64,000 bases of DNA, from IMG/VR virus record IMGVR_UViG_3300025723_000025; one strand, given 5' to 3'. Of the stretch, positions 46,642 to 56,027 are shown piece after piece (position 1 is the stretch's first letter; each line of letters starts with the position of its first letter). The notes beneath the pieces were generated by a model. It was given only the letters and a program-made list of their open reading frames with translations. It made no database searches and was not told the origin of the DNA. The DNA comes from an uncultured virus (IMG/VR IMGVR_UViG_3300025723_000025) (Duplodnaviria; Heunggongvirae; Uroviricota; Caudoviricetes). The position numbers and the translations under genes are program-made.

Positions 46642-47424
46642 ATGAAGATAGTAAAGCTTGATGCCATAAGAATCGATGGCGGCACCCAATGCCGTTTGGT
46701 AATCGATCAACCCACGGTTTACAGCTACCTCGAAGCCATGAAGGAAGGCGACGAGTTTCCTTTGCTGGAAACGGTATTTGATGGCTCTACGCATTGGCTG
46801 ACTGATGGTTTCCATCGCTACCACGCTTATAAGCTTTTAGGTATCAAAGAGATTGAAGTTAGCTATAAGCCCGGAACCCTTAAGGACGCTCAGATTGAGG
46901 CTTTGAAGGCCAACAGCAAGCATGGCAAACAACTGACTAACGAGGACAAACGCAACAAAGTTGAGATGGCCTTGAAGATTGAGGGTTTTGACAAGAAAAG
47001 CGACCGAGAAATTGCAATCCTTTGCGGTGTTTCAGTTACTTTTGTTGGGGCTATTCGTAGACCTGAGATCAAAGAAAAGCAGATTGAGAACAAAAAGAAG
47101 AGCATTCAAAAGGTAGCGGAGAAGATTTCTCAAGAGCGTAGTCCGACTACACCCACTGAACCTGATCCATATGCTGGGCAAGCTCCTGATGACGAAGAAA
47201 TTCGTGCTTCAGAGCTGGCATTGCAGGCAGATCAAGAGATGATGTACAAGCTCTTAGAGGCTGATGATGCCTTGGCTGTAGCTCATGAAGAGATCAAGCG
47301 TCTGAATTACTTAAACGCTCAAATGGAGATCCGTTTCCATGGACTCATGGCAGAAAAAAATGAAGCTGTGAAGATGGTTAAGAAACTCCAAAAAGAAAAC
47401 GACAAACTCAAAGGTAAAAAATGA
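46642..47424 (+). CDS. ParB-like protein (ParB/Srx N-domain, HTH, coiled coil)
   Basis: LTDGFHRYHA motif; SDREIAILCGVSVTFV HTH. Confidence 0.8.
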   Translation: MKIVKLDAIRIDGGTQCRLVIDQPTVYSYLEAMKEGDEFPLLETVFDGSTHWLTDGFHRYHAYKLLGIKEIEVSYKPGTLKDAQIEALKANSKHGKQLTNEDKRNKVEMALKIEGFDKKSDREIAILCGVSVTFVGAIRRPEIKEKQIENKKKSIQKVAEKISQERSPTTPTEPDPYAGQAPDDEEIRASELALQADQEMMYKLLEADDALAVAHEEIKRLNYLNAQMEIRFHGLMAEKNEAVKMVKKLQKENDKLKGKK

Positions 47425-48950
47425 CCTCAAACCTAGTGCCAAGTGAGCATGATGATGGAACCAAATTCCCCGAACCTAGACCCTTCCAAGTACAAGCCCA
47501 TGAAGCTTTACGCCAAGGGTTTAGAGCCGGGCACAAGAATCAATTAATCATGGCCCCTACAGGGGCTGGAAAGACCTACTTAGGTCTTCGCATATGCAAC
47601 GAGGCTACCCAAAAGGGCAAGCGAGCTGTATTCCTATGCGACCGTACTACCCTGATTGATCAGACCTCTACCGTAGCCGATCGCTATGGCATGTATGGTC
47701 ATGGGATTATTCAGGCTAAACACTGGCGTAGACGCCCTGAGGAGCTCTTGCAGATTGCCAGCGTACAAACTATTGCCAAGCGTGAGTTTTGGCCTCAGTT
47801 GGACGTTTTAGTGGTCGACGAAGCCCATACTACATACAAGGCATGGACTGAGTTCGCAAACGCAACAAACGCAACGGTAATTGGCCTCTCAGCGACTCCG
47901 TTTACGACTGGCCTAGGAAAGATCTTCACCAACATCGTAAACGCCACCACGATGCACCAATTGACCCAAGAGGGTGTCTTAGTACCCATGAGGATCTTCT
48001 CGTGCTCTAAGCCTGATATGACAGGTGCTGAGACTAAGGGCGGCGAGTGGACTGAGAAGGCCGCTGAGGAGCGTGAACTCAAGATTGTGGGTGATGTAGT
48101 CAAAGACTGGCATCGCTTCGGTGAGAACCGTAAGACCATTGTCTTTGGTGCCACGATCAAGCATTGCGAAGAGCTATGCCGTCAATTCATTGAGTCGGGC
48201 GTGATGGCGGCAATCTTCACAAGTGAAACAACTGCAAAAGAGCGTGAGTTGCTTTTGAAGGAGTACCGTAAACCTGAGAGTCATTTGAAAGTGCTGATCT
48301 CTGTTGAGGCTTTGGCTAAAGGTTTTGACGTGCCGGACGTGGGATGTATTTGCGACGCACGCCCATTGCGTAAGTCTTTGTCTACTGCTATTCAGATGTG
48401 GGGCCGTGGCCTGCGCTCATCACCTGAGACTGGCAAGAAGGATTGCCATCTGTTGGACTTCTCCGGCAACATCGTTCGATTCTTTGAAGACTTCAACGAC
48501 ATCTATTTCAATGGCCTTGAGAAATTAGACGATGGCGACAAGCTCGATAAGAAGATTCGCACGCAAGAAGAGTTTGAGGCGAAGGGTTGCCCACGCTGTA
48601 GCTACAAGCCATTCCATAAGCGTTGCATGGCCTGCGGATATGAGAAAGTCAGCAAAGAAATGAGCGAAGCATTGCCGGGCCACATGAAGGAGATCTTCAT
48701 TGGTGAAGGCAAGAACAAAAAGAAATTAGCGGAGAACGCTGAGAATCTTTGGAACCAAGTCTGCACCTATGCTCGCATTCACAGTAAGCCTGAGAGCCAA
48801 TCAGGACGGGCGTGGCATCTGTTTAAGCAGATCACTGGACAAGACAGTCAATGGGGCTTTAGTAAAGCTCCAATGGTTGAGATAAATAAAAACGTACTGA
48901 ATAAAATCAGAAGCATGAACATTGCATATAAAAAAGGAACAGGAAGATGA
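47421..48950 (+). CDS. Superfamily 2 helicase with zinc ribbon
   Basis: APTGAGKT, DEAH, SAT, KGFD, QMWGRGLR; CPRC...CMAC. Confidence 0.92.
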   Translation: MTSNLVPSEHDDGTKFPEPRPFQVQAHEALRQGFRAGHKNQLIMAPTGAGKTYLGLRICNEATQKGKRAVFLCDRTTLIDQTSTVADRYGMYGHGIIQAKHWRRRPEELLQIASVQTIAKREFWPQLDVLVVDEAHTTYKAWTEFANATNATVIGLSATPFTTGLGKIFTNIVNATTMHQLTQEGVLVPMRIFSCSKPDMTGAETKGGEWTEKAAEERELKIVGDVVKDWHRFGENRKTIVFGATIKHCEELCRQFIESGVMAAIFTSETTAKERELLLKEYRKPESHLKVLISVEALAKGFDVPDVGCICDARPLRKSLSTAIQMWGRGLRSSPETGKKDCHLLDFSGNIVRFFEDFNDIYFNGLEKLDDGDKLDKKIRTQEEFEAKGCPRCSYKPFHKRCMACGYEKVSKEMSEALPGHMKEIFIGEGKNKKKLAENAENLWNQVCTYARIHSKPESQSGRAWHLFKQITGQDSQWGFSKAPMVEINKNVLNKIRSMNIAYKKGTGR

Positions 48951-49114
48951 GTACGTTTACATTGGGTGAATTAGGTTGCAACGGTGATTGCCAAAATGGT
49001 CGCTACCCTTGTACTTGTCAGCGTGGCGTGGCTATAGAGACTAAGCCGGAGCCTGAGATTTATCACATTCCTTTTTATGGTACTTACGATCTGTCAAAGG
49101 AGACTGAGAAATGA
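48947..49114 (+). CDS. Small Cys-containing protein (55 aa, not in ORF track)
   Basis: ATGA overlaps at both ends; CNGDCQNGRYPCTC. Confidence 0.6.
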   Translation: MSTFTLGELGCNGDCQNGRYPCTCQRGVAIETKPEPEIYHIPFYGTYDLSKETEK

Positions 49115-49359
49115 GCTTAATCAAAATTGCAGAAGATATTGAAACTGGAGCATTCAATGATTCCAACTACAACAAATTGCGAGCGGCTCAATACTTACGC
49201 CAAACAGATCATCAGATTGATAATTTGAACGATCAAATTGCAGAATTGATGAAGTACAAACTGACTCTTGAAGCCATGGCTCGTACTTATGACAAGCACT
49301 TGGATAAAGCTATGGGTTCCGATCAAGGCGGCGTACCACTTGTGAGGATCAAAATATGA
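49111..49359 (+). CDS. Hypothetical protein
   Basis: RBS, coupling. Confidence 0.7.
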   Translation: MSLIKIAEDIETGAFNDSNYNKLRAAQYLRQTDHQIDNLNDQIAELMKYKLTLEAMARTYDKHLDKAMGSDQGGVPLVRIKI

Positions 49360-50228
49360 GCTTTGTGGATTTTGCACGAGCTCATGGCGTAGACATCAAC
49401 TACGACAAGCTCTATCCGTCCGATCGCATCAAGCGTACCGGGACAGTTGAGAAGCCACGCTCAGGCAATGGAGCGTACTTTTGGGATGGTCAGCGTGGAT
49501 GGGTGATGGATTGGTCAGGCGACGCTAGAGTCGTTTGGTACAACGATCCTCATGCCAAACCATGGACTGATGAAGAGAAGCGTGCATGGGCTGAGAAACG
49601 TCGTGCTCAGCAGTCAGACCAACAGCATAAGTACGAGCAAGTGGCTTTGCAAGCAGATATCACTTTGCGATCAGCCAAAATGGCAAACCACCCATATTTG
49701 CAGTACAAAGGCCTGCAGACGGATGAAGGGCTGGTGCTCAACGATAAGTTGCTCATCCCTATGCGAAACGTAGTCACGAACAAGCTTCAGGGATACCAGC
49801 AGATCTACTGGGTGCCGGAAGAGATGAAGTACGAAAAGAAAATGCTCACCGGGATGAGGGCCAAGAATGCGGTCTTTTATATCGGAGATCGTAAGGCCGA
49901 CGAGTTTTGGCTGGTCGAAGGCTATGTGACTGGCTTAAGCCTGCATCACGCCCTGCGAAGCTGTGGAATCAAAGCCTCTGTGGTGGTTTGCTTTAGTGCC
50001 AGCAACTTAATCGCTGTGGCAGACCAAATTCAGGGAAAACGGTACGTCTTTGCTGACAATGATGCCTCACAGACTGGCGAGAAGGCCGCTGTAGCCACTG
50101 GATTGCCTTGGACTATGGCTGATGAGGTCGGGTTCGATGCAAACGATCTACACGTCAAATGTGGTCTTTTTGCAGTAGTTGGAAAAATTATGGAAGCAAG
50201 GAAGCACAAAGTTGCAAATGTAGTTTAG
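49356..50228 (+). CDS. TOPRIM-domain primase
   Basis: HPYLQYKG, LLIPM, VEGYVTG, ADND, DAND. Confidence 0.85.
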   Translation: MSFVDFARAHGVDINYDKLYPSDRIKRTGTVEKPRSGNGAYFWDGQRGWVMDWSGDARVVWYNDPHAKPWTDEEKRAWAEKRRAQQSDQQHKYEQVALQADITLRSAKMANHPYLQYKGLQTDEGLVLNDKLLIPMRNVVTNKLQGYQQIYWVPEEMKYEKKMLTGMRAKNAVFYIGDRKADEFWLVEGYVTGLSLHHALRSCGIKASVVVCFSASNLIAVADQIQGKRYVFADNDASQTGEKAAVATGLPWTMADEVGFDANDLHVKCGLFAVVGKIMEARKHKVANVV

Positions 50229-50239
50229 AATTCTTCTTG

Positions 50240-50570
50240 TCGGAGTGGAGTCTGATAAAAAGTAAACCCCTTAAGTGGGTGTTCTGATGAATTCAAATAA
50301 ATAGTCGTGAGGATATATTTATTTGAGTTCTACTCCATACAGAGCATCCTCTTAAGGGGTTTTTTTATTGCCTATCTCTGACCGTCGTGACGGACGCTCA
50401 CCTACAGTAGCGTCACGAGGAAAGCCCTACTACGGGAAAGATGCTGAGATAGGGAAAGGGGTGGCGAAGCTAGTGCCCCTGCATCGAACGACTGTCGAGA
50501 CAAGCGGCTCCGAATAGCATCTTGTAAAGGTTCATCCCCTTCACCGGGGAGGGCTGAGACTGCTCACCAA
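50240..50570 (+). ncRNA. Candidate structured RNA region (long terminator/attenuator hairpin plus multi-stem domain)
   Basis: ORF-free gap with many complementary segments (see findings). Confidence 0.5.
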
Positions 50571-50621
50571 ACAGCATCAAATAAGTTAAAAATAAGGTAT
50601 CAGTAATTGATATTAATCAAC

Positions 50622-50651
50622 AATAAGGGGTCAAGAGGCCCCTATTTTTTT
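50622..50651 (+). terminator. Terminator-like hairpin
   Basis: GGGGTC-AAGA-GGCCCC followed by TATTTTTTT. Confidence 0.65.
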
Positions 50652-50706
50652 AATCACAGACACTAATCGCATGTTAGACTGTTAAGAAATTCACCTAGGA
50701 GAAACC

Positions 50707-51336
50707 ATGGACAAGCTGGAAGAGAATCATTACTTTGTTACGCCGTTGTACGCAGTCAAGAAGACGGAATTTTTAGAGTCCGTCAAAGCTGTATCCAATC
50801 GCTACTTGGCGCAAAGTAAAGGATGTAAAGGAAAGAACAAAGTCACTACGATGACCGCCAATTATTCCGGCGAAGAGGAGATTTCTAATTTCACTCAGTA
50901 CGTCTCGCAAACAGCATGGAACATTCTCAAGGCTCAAGGATTCAAGATGGAGCCGCTAGTGACCTATTTCACTGAGATGTGGACGCAAGAGCACAATCAC
51001 ATGTCATCCATGGATCAGCACGTTCATGGCCTTGGAGCGCAGATCAGTGCGTTTTTCTTTTTGGATGTGCCTAAGAACGGTTGCAAGCTAGTCATTCACG
51101 ATCCACGTCCCGGAAAAGTCATCTTGAATCTACCTATGGCGAGCGATGACAAGATCAGCCAAGCTTCAACTCAGATCGTATTCACACCTGAAGCCGGAAC
51201 CATCATCTTCGTACCAGCATGGTTGCCGCATTCATTTACACGCAACGTAGGTAAAGAGCCTACTCGCTTTGTTCACATGAACCTAGCAGTTGCAGTGGCT
51301 CCATCTAAAGATGAGCCTGAAGTGGAGATCATATGA
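50707..51336 (+). CDS. Putative 2OG-Fe(II) oxygenase (TIGR02466-like)
   Basis: HVH, IHDPRP, FVPAWLPH, R..HMN. Confidence 0.8.
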   Translation: MDKLEENHYFVTPLYAVKKTEFLESVKAVSNRYLAQSKGCKGKNKVTTMTANYSGEEEISNFTQYVSQTAWNILKAQGFKMEPLVTYFTEMWTQEHNHMSSMDQHVHGLGAQISAFFFLDVPKNGCKLVIHDPRPGKVILNLPMASDDKISQASTQIVFTPEAGTIIFVPAWLPHSFTRNVGKEPTRFVHMNLAVAVAPSKDEPEVEII

Positions 51337-51560
51337 TTTACAGGGTCAGATACAACAAATCAGCAGGCCAACCCGGTCGTGGAACCGAACTACACAAGTG
51401 GCGTGTATTCGATGAGACGAACAAAGAACGCCTATGCAAACAAGTCATTCTTAAAGCTTTGGCTTGGACTGAACAAGATCCCAATGGAGTTGATTGGAAC
51501 GTAGTCAGTGAAGGCGATATTCACATCGATAGAGAAAATTCTATTATCACTATTCTCTAA
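51333..51560 (+). CDS. Hypothetical protein
   Basis: ATGA overlap. Confidence 0.75.
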   Translation: MIYRVRYNKSAGQPGRGTELHKWRVFDETNKERLCKQVILKALAWTEQDPNGVDWNVVSEGDIHIDRENSIITIL

Positions 51561-51613
51561 TTTTATGTTAGACTCTTCTTACCACGATGTGTGGGTTTAC
51601 TAAGGAGAGTCAC

Positions 51614-51856
51614 ATGAAAGCTTTTCCAAAAATAACAAACAATCAAACGCCTATTTTTTACGAAGGTAAGTTTGCTGGATATGAGAACAGCCAAGATGGA
51701 ATGGACTTACGAGATTACTTTGCCGCTAAAGCTATGCAAGGATTTTTCAGCATTTACGGAAACATAAGAGTTGACAAGGGCAATACCAAAGTTAAATTTA
51801 TTGCTGAAAATTCTTATGTATTGGCTGATGCAATGATGAAGGCTAGGAATGACTGA
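51614..51856 (+). CDS. Phage protein with GMDLRDYFAAKAMQG motif
   Basis: Widely recurring phage motif; AAGGAG RBS. Confidence 0.8.
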   Translation: MKAFPKITNNQTPIFYEGKFAGYENSQDGMDLRDYFAAKAMQGFFSIYGNIRVDKGNTKVKFIAENSYVLADAMMKARND

Positions 51857-52133
51857 AGAAGAATTAGAAAAGGCAGTCATTCGCCATGCTAGAAGACGCA
51901 AGACTTTCCAAGAAGAAGGCCTTAGCGAAAACGATGCATGGGATCTTGCTGAACAAATGTTTGATAGGGACAAAGATCCTTTGGATGACCGTCGTATTTG
52001 TTTTGAATGCGACAACTACAACACGCTTAAAAAAACCTGCAAAAAGCTAGTAGACAAGATGGGTTATCAACAGCGACCACTGCGATTCATACTTCAACGG
52101 TGTGAATTCTTTCAACTGAAAGGGAAAAAATAA
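51849..52133 (+). CDS. Hypothetical protein (DDRRICFEC)
   Basis: Operon; Cys motifs. Confidence 0.75.
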   Translation: MTEEELEKAVIRHARRRKTFQEEGLSENDAWDLAEQMFDRDKDPLDDRRICFECDNYNTLKKTCKKLVDKMGYQQRPLRFILQRCEFFQLKGKK

Positions 52134-52405
52134 TGTTATCGGACGACTTTGCATACTGGCTTGGAATTCATGGAAAACCTGACATCCTGCCAAACCAATC
52201 AATATCCATTGAAAACATCATGGATCGGGTATCAGAAGCTGACCTAATCAGCGTTCTATTCCATGGCAAGGATGATCTAGCACTAAAAGCCTTAAAGGAG
52301 CTTAAGAGCCGTTTTGAAAGCGAGCTAAACGCTTTAGATGAGATGGTTCACCATCAAGCTAGAGACAACGAAATGGAGATGGAAAATGCTAACGATTGGA
52401 ATTGA
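52133..52405 (+). CDS. Hypothetical protein
   Basis: TAATG coupling. Confidence 0.7.
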   Translation: MLSDDFAYWLGIHGKPDILPNQSISIENIMDRVSEADLISVLFHGKDDLALKALKELKSRFESELNALDEMVHHQARDNEMEMENANDWN

Positions 52406-52838
52406 TCCCGGAGCCTCCGGGGCCATAGTAATTTTGGATGATGGCGTGCCCATTGAATGGACAGCCATGCCTACCTACAAAGTAGGTAAATCAACTCGTG
52501 TCAATGCATCAGAGCTGACTTACTTTTTAGACCATGGCGTTCATGTGGATCATGTCTACATTGAGGATGTACATGCAATGCCGGGCCAAGGCGTGAGTTC
52601 CATGTTTAACTTTGGTCATAGCTGTGGAACCGTCATGGGCGTGATTGGTGTACTAGGTTATGCCCACACCATGGTGACTCCACAGAAGTGGAAAAAGGCC
52701 GCAGGACTAATCGGTACTGATAAAGAAGCCGCACGAGCACGAGCCATCCAGCTATGGCCTCAATGGCGTGCATTAGACACCAAAGGCAAAGGTCAAGCAC
52801 TGGCTGATGCCGCACTCATTGCGAGGTATGGGGCATGA
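52386..52838 (+). CDS. RuvC-like Holliday junction resolvase
   Basis: IGIDPGASGA, YIEDV, PQKWKK, ADAALIA. Confidence 0.88.
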   Translation: MLTIGIDPGASGAIVILDDGVPIEWTAMPTYKVGKSTRVNASELTYFLDHGVHVDHVYIEDVHAMPGQGVSSMFNFGHSCGTVMGVIGVLGYAHTMVTPQKWKKAAGLIGTDKEAARARAIQLWPQWRALDTKGKGQALADAALIARYGA

Positions 52839-53080
52839 GCAAATGCGAAGTAATAAATGGACTTGTTTCTCAATGTAATGCGCTTGACGAGACAATGGAT
52901 GGATTCAACCCTGTTAAAAGAGAAAAAGGAATCTTTAAATGGGTATATACCGATATCAATACATCAAAAGATACTAGGTCTTTTATAGGTGCAAAAACAG
53001 GAATTCATAAAGAAAAAGGATTGATATTTAATTTTTGCCCTTACTGCGGAGTTGAATTAAGAAAGGCTAATGAGAAATGA
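52835..53080 (+). CDS. Hypothetical protein (FNFCPYCG)
   Basis: ATGA overlap. Confidence 0.7.
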   Translation: MSKCEVINGLVSQCNALDETMDGFNPVKREKGIFKWVYTDINTSKDTRSFIGAKTGIHKEKGLIFNFCPYCGVELRKANEK

Positions 53081-53346
53081 ATAAAACAAGAATGAGCGAA
53101 GGCTTTATTAATCCCATGGATACGCTCAAAGAAATAGCCAATAATACTTTTGGAATGGCACCAGTAAAGGCTGAAGGGCAACCTTTAAATTCAACCTATG
53201 GATTCCCTGAAGATTACGAACCGTCAAAACCATTGGTAGAAACAACTTACGTAGAGCGCAGAGTTCCCGATCACTTAGAAGACGAAGCGCACGAATTAAT
53301 TGACAACTGGCTTAAATCAAAAGGCTATGACCCGGAGGAGATTTGA
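53077..53346 (+). CDS. Hypothetical protein
   Basis: Operon. Confidence 0.65.
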   Translation: MNKTRMSEGFINPMDTLKEIANNTFGMAPVKAEGQPLNSTYGFPEDYEPSKPLVETTYVERRVPDHLEDEAHELIDNWLKSKGYDPEEI

Positions 53347-53580
53347 ATGACACAAGATTGCATAGAAGAAGTAGGAATCTCAGGATTGAAGTACAAGGGA
53401 ATTTCAATCACCATTAAAACCAAAAATGACAACTCTGCCATCACTTTTGAAGTGGGCCCGGACATCAATGATTATTTGACAAACCCATTGAAGATATCTG
53501 ATGGCAGAACCGTAGGCCAAGCCAATCGTGATGGCCTGCACGCTCGGCTAGATGCATTACTGGACGCCAATTTGGAGTGA
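53347..53580 (+). CDS. Hypothetical protein
   Basis: GGAGG RBS. Confidence 0.65.
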   Translation: MTQDCIEEVGISGLKYKGISITIKTKNDNSAITFEVGPDINDYLTNPLKISDGRTVGQANRDGLHARLDALLDANLE

Positions 53581-53582
53581 CT

Positions 53583-53921
53583 ATGAATCAAAAAGACATT
53601 AACGACGCAGTTGACTACCTGTATACCCATGGGCGCAAGTACGCAGAAGCCAAGGCCCAGCGCACTTACTTGGAAGAGTTCAGGAAGTCACAAAAGGCCA
53701 TGCTGATGAAGGCGGCTATGACCAATGGCACAAAGGCCGTCAATGCGGCTGAGATTGAAGCCTACGCAGACCCAGCGTATGTGGAGATCCTAAAGGGCCT
53801 AGCGGCGGCTGTAGAGCAAGAAGAGACCCTTCGATGGGGATTGGTGTCAGCTCAGGCAAGAATCGACGTATGGCGTTCTACAGAGGCCTCCAATAGGGCC
53901 ATGGACAAAGCGGTAATGTGA
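53583..53921 (+). CDS. Helical phage protein
   Basis: RBS; IDVWRSTEASNR. Confidence 0.75.
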   Translation: MNQKDINDAVDYLYTHGRKYAEAKAQRTYLEEFRKSQKAMLMKAAMTNGTKAVNAAEIEAYADPAYVEILKGLAAAVEQEETLRWGLVSAQARIDVWRSTEASNRAMDKAVM

Positions 53922-53930
53922 GGAGAAATA

Positions 53931-54227
53931 ATGAAGAGAATTGACGAGAAAGCAGTATTTTCAAAAGAACAACTAGCAAGAGATCACCGCCTAGCAGTCA
54001 TAGCAATGATCCAGCAACAGATCGATGTAGTCCAAGGCATCATGGAAAGGCATCAGGAGCTCGTCAAGGGCCCAATCCATTACAACATGTGCGCTGGCCT
54101 TATCGATCAGTTAAAAGCTCATTCATTCGCCGCATATACAGCAGATGGTGATGCCGTCGCACCATACAGGCCGGATGGTGCTGGGTTTTATCATTTTCAA
54201 TTCCCTGATGAGAAATTTGGACTATGA
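53931..54227 (+). CDS. Hypothetical protein
   Basis: AGGAG RBS. Confidence 0.7.
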   Translation: MKRIDEKAVFSKEQLARDHRLAVIAMIQQQIDVVQGIMERHQELVKGPIHYNMCAGLIDQLKAHSFAAYTADGDAVAPYRPDGAGFYHFQFPDEKFGL

Positions 54228-54505
54228 ACGGAAGCTACAACAAAGCAGAGAGAGCATGGGTGCAGTTAGTTAAGGAGCAACCATGCTCCGTATGTGCTCA
54301 GGAAGGGCCATCAGATGCCCACCACATAAGGCAGGGAAGGCATTACACAGTTGTAGCTTTGTGTAAATCCTGCCATCAGGGCTCAAAAATGGGTTGGCAT
54401 GGCGAAAAAGTGGCTTGGAAATTGGCAAAGATGGAAGAAATCGATGCCCTGAACGTCACAATCGACAATGTTTACAAAAATATTTTGAACAGAAAACTGT
54501 TCTAA
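54224..54505 (+). CDS. HNH-like Zn-binding protein (DUF968/Ref-like)
   Basis: PCSVC..AHH..ALCKSCH..GWHG. Confidence 0.7.
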   Translation: MNGSYNKAERAWVQLVKEQPCSVCAQEGPSDAHHIRQGRHYTVVALCKSCHQGSKMGWHGEKVAWKLAKMEEIDALNVTIDNVYKNILNRKLF

Positions 54506-54559
54506 AACAACAAGTTAGAGTCTTTCGGAAGAAATATTTAAAAATATTTGAAAAAAAGC

Positions 54560-54618
54560 TTGCACAAAGACTCTAACTTGGAGTTATACTGTCACCACTG
54601 CAACGTCGCAGGTTTATT
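54560..54618 (+). promoter_or_regulatory. Early promoter with operator and leader hairpin
   Basis: TTGCAC, TATACT 54585-54590, TCTAAC-N5-GTTATA 54572-54588. Confidence 0.75.
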
Positions 54619-54631
54619 TAAGGAAATGAAA

Positions 54632-54952
54632 ATGATCACAGAAATCCAAGCAAACATCCAAGCTCTCGCAACTGTCGAGTCATTGGTAAACGAAATCGAC
54701 GCATTGTATGTGCTCGATCAAGAAGCCAAAGCATTGGCTGACAAAGTTAAAGCAATGAAGTCCGACATCGCCAACAAGTACGGCGAAGGCAAACACGCTG
54801 GCGAATTGCACAGCGTAGAAGTTAAGTTGGTTCAAGTTTCCGGCACAGTTGACTACGCCGCTTTGTGCGTTGAGTACGGCATTACAGAAGAGACACTCAA
54901 CAAGTTCCGCAAAGAAGGTCGTGCTGACATTCGTGTTTCACCTAAAAAATAA
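54632..54952 (+). CDS. Hypothetical phage protein (full-length version of 3..251)
   Basis: AAGGA RBS after promoter. Confidence 0.85.
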   Translation: MITEIQANIQALATVESLVNEIDALYVLDQEAKALADKVKAMKSDIANKYGEGKHAGELHSVEVKLVQVSGTVDYAALCVEYGITEETLNKFRKEGRADIRVSPKK

Positions 54953-54991
54953 TTCATGGGGCTTCGGCCCCATCTTTACTTGGAGAATCAA

Positions 54992-55189
54992 ATGACAACA
55001 GCATGGACTAAAGAAAACGTAGTAGTGATGCACAACGACTACGACAATACTTGGACAGTTAAAACCATTCCATTAACCTACCTACAAGCTGTACGGTTTG
55101 TAATGGCTAAACGCTGGAACTACGCACTTAACAAAGGCACAGTCAAGATCGTGACCTTAGATCAACTTGAAAATATGGGAGTCGCATAA
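54992..55189 (+). CDS. Hypothetical protein, only in second copy
   Basis: GGAG RBS; TAATG coupling. Confidence 0.7.
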   Translation: MTTAWTKENVVVMHNDYDNTWTVKTIPLTYLQAVRFVMAKRWNYALNKGTVKIVTLDQLENMGVA

Positions 55190-55572
55190 TGTACGGATCA
55201 CTAATTAATCGCCTGCAAGAACGCATGGTAGTCGGGGCTCCGGCCCCAACAGTTGGCATGGGAGTCACGATGACTTCCTACTCTGATCGCCACGCTGGCA
55301 CCATCATCAAAGTAGAGAAGGCAGGCAAGGGCTTGCTAATCCACGTTCAGCAAGATAATGTAAAACGTATCGACAACAACGGGATATCCGAAAGTCAGGA
55401 CTATGAGTTCTCACCAAACCCTAACGGCCCTGTGTATTACTACAAGCAAAAAGAACCTAATTGCCGCTGGGTTCAGATGTATATCAATCCTGAAACTGGT
55501 AGATTTAACAAAACAGATGCCGGGGGTTTATTTGTAGGTGAGCGTGACGAGTACTACGACTTTTCTTTTTAA
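55189..55572 (+). CDS. Homologue of 263..646
   Basis: Direct comparison. Confidence 0.85.
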   Translation: MYGSLINRLQERMVVGAPAPTVGMGVTMTSYSDRHAGTIIKVEKAGKGLLIHVQQDNVKRIDNNGISESQDYEFSPNPNGPVYYYKQKEPNCRWVQMYINPETGRFNKTDAGGLFVGERDEYYDFSF

Positions 55573-55581
55573 GGAGGCAGT

Positions 55582-55794
55582 ATGCATAAAGACAATGATC
55601 ACATTTGGACATCGGCAGGTACCGATATCACCATTCGCTGGCGTGCCCTTGGCTGGGTGCCTGCCAGCGAGCTGGAAGAGTACAAGACAAAGTGGAAGTA
55701 CTACCAAGAGCTTCCACTGCGTAAGCTGGACGACCTTGGACGTAAACAGTACGAAGAGGTTTTACGCCGGGCCAAAGTGTCGAGGATTAGATGA
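55582..55794 (+). CDS. Homologue of 656..868
   Basis: Direct comparison. Confidence 0.85.
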   Translation: MHKDNDHIWTSAGTDITIRWRALGWVPASELEEYKTKWKYYQELPLRKLDDLGRKQYEEVLRRAKVSRIR

Positions 55795-56027
55795 AGCCAC
55801 ATAGACATGCACAACTAATCAAAGCATGGGCTGATGGTGCTCAAATTGAATATTGGGATTTCAAGGGAGATTGGGTAGAAGTATCAAATCCTTGTTGGGA
55901 ACTAGAAATGTATCGAATTAAACCTGAATCTAAACCATTTCAACGATCAATGATTTTGGAATTGGAATTGCTTTTAGAAAAAGATGGCCCATTGATGCGT
56001 ATTGTTGATGCCAAAATTAGAAAATGA
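55791..56027 (+). CDS. Homologue of 865..1167
   Basis: Direct comparison. Confidence 0.75.
   Translation: MKPHRHAQLIKAWADGAQIEYWDFKGDWVEVSNPCWELEMYRIKPESKPFQRSMILELELLLEKDGPLMRIVDAKIRK

Larger units (their letters stand above)
1..54701. mobile_element. Tailed phage genome unit (podovirus-like), apparently complete and circularisable
   Basis: Packaging, head, tail, lysis and replication modules all present; 1-76 is identical to 54702-54777; no host housekeeping genes or integrase seen. Confidence 0.9.

Noticed and set aside
50284..50340. Hammerhead ribozyme (CTGATGA followed by a stem)
   Set aside because: The required GAAA after stem II is missing
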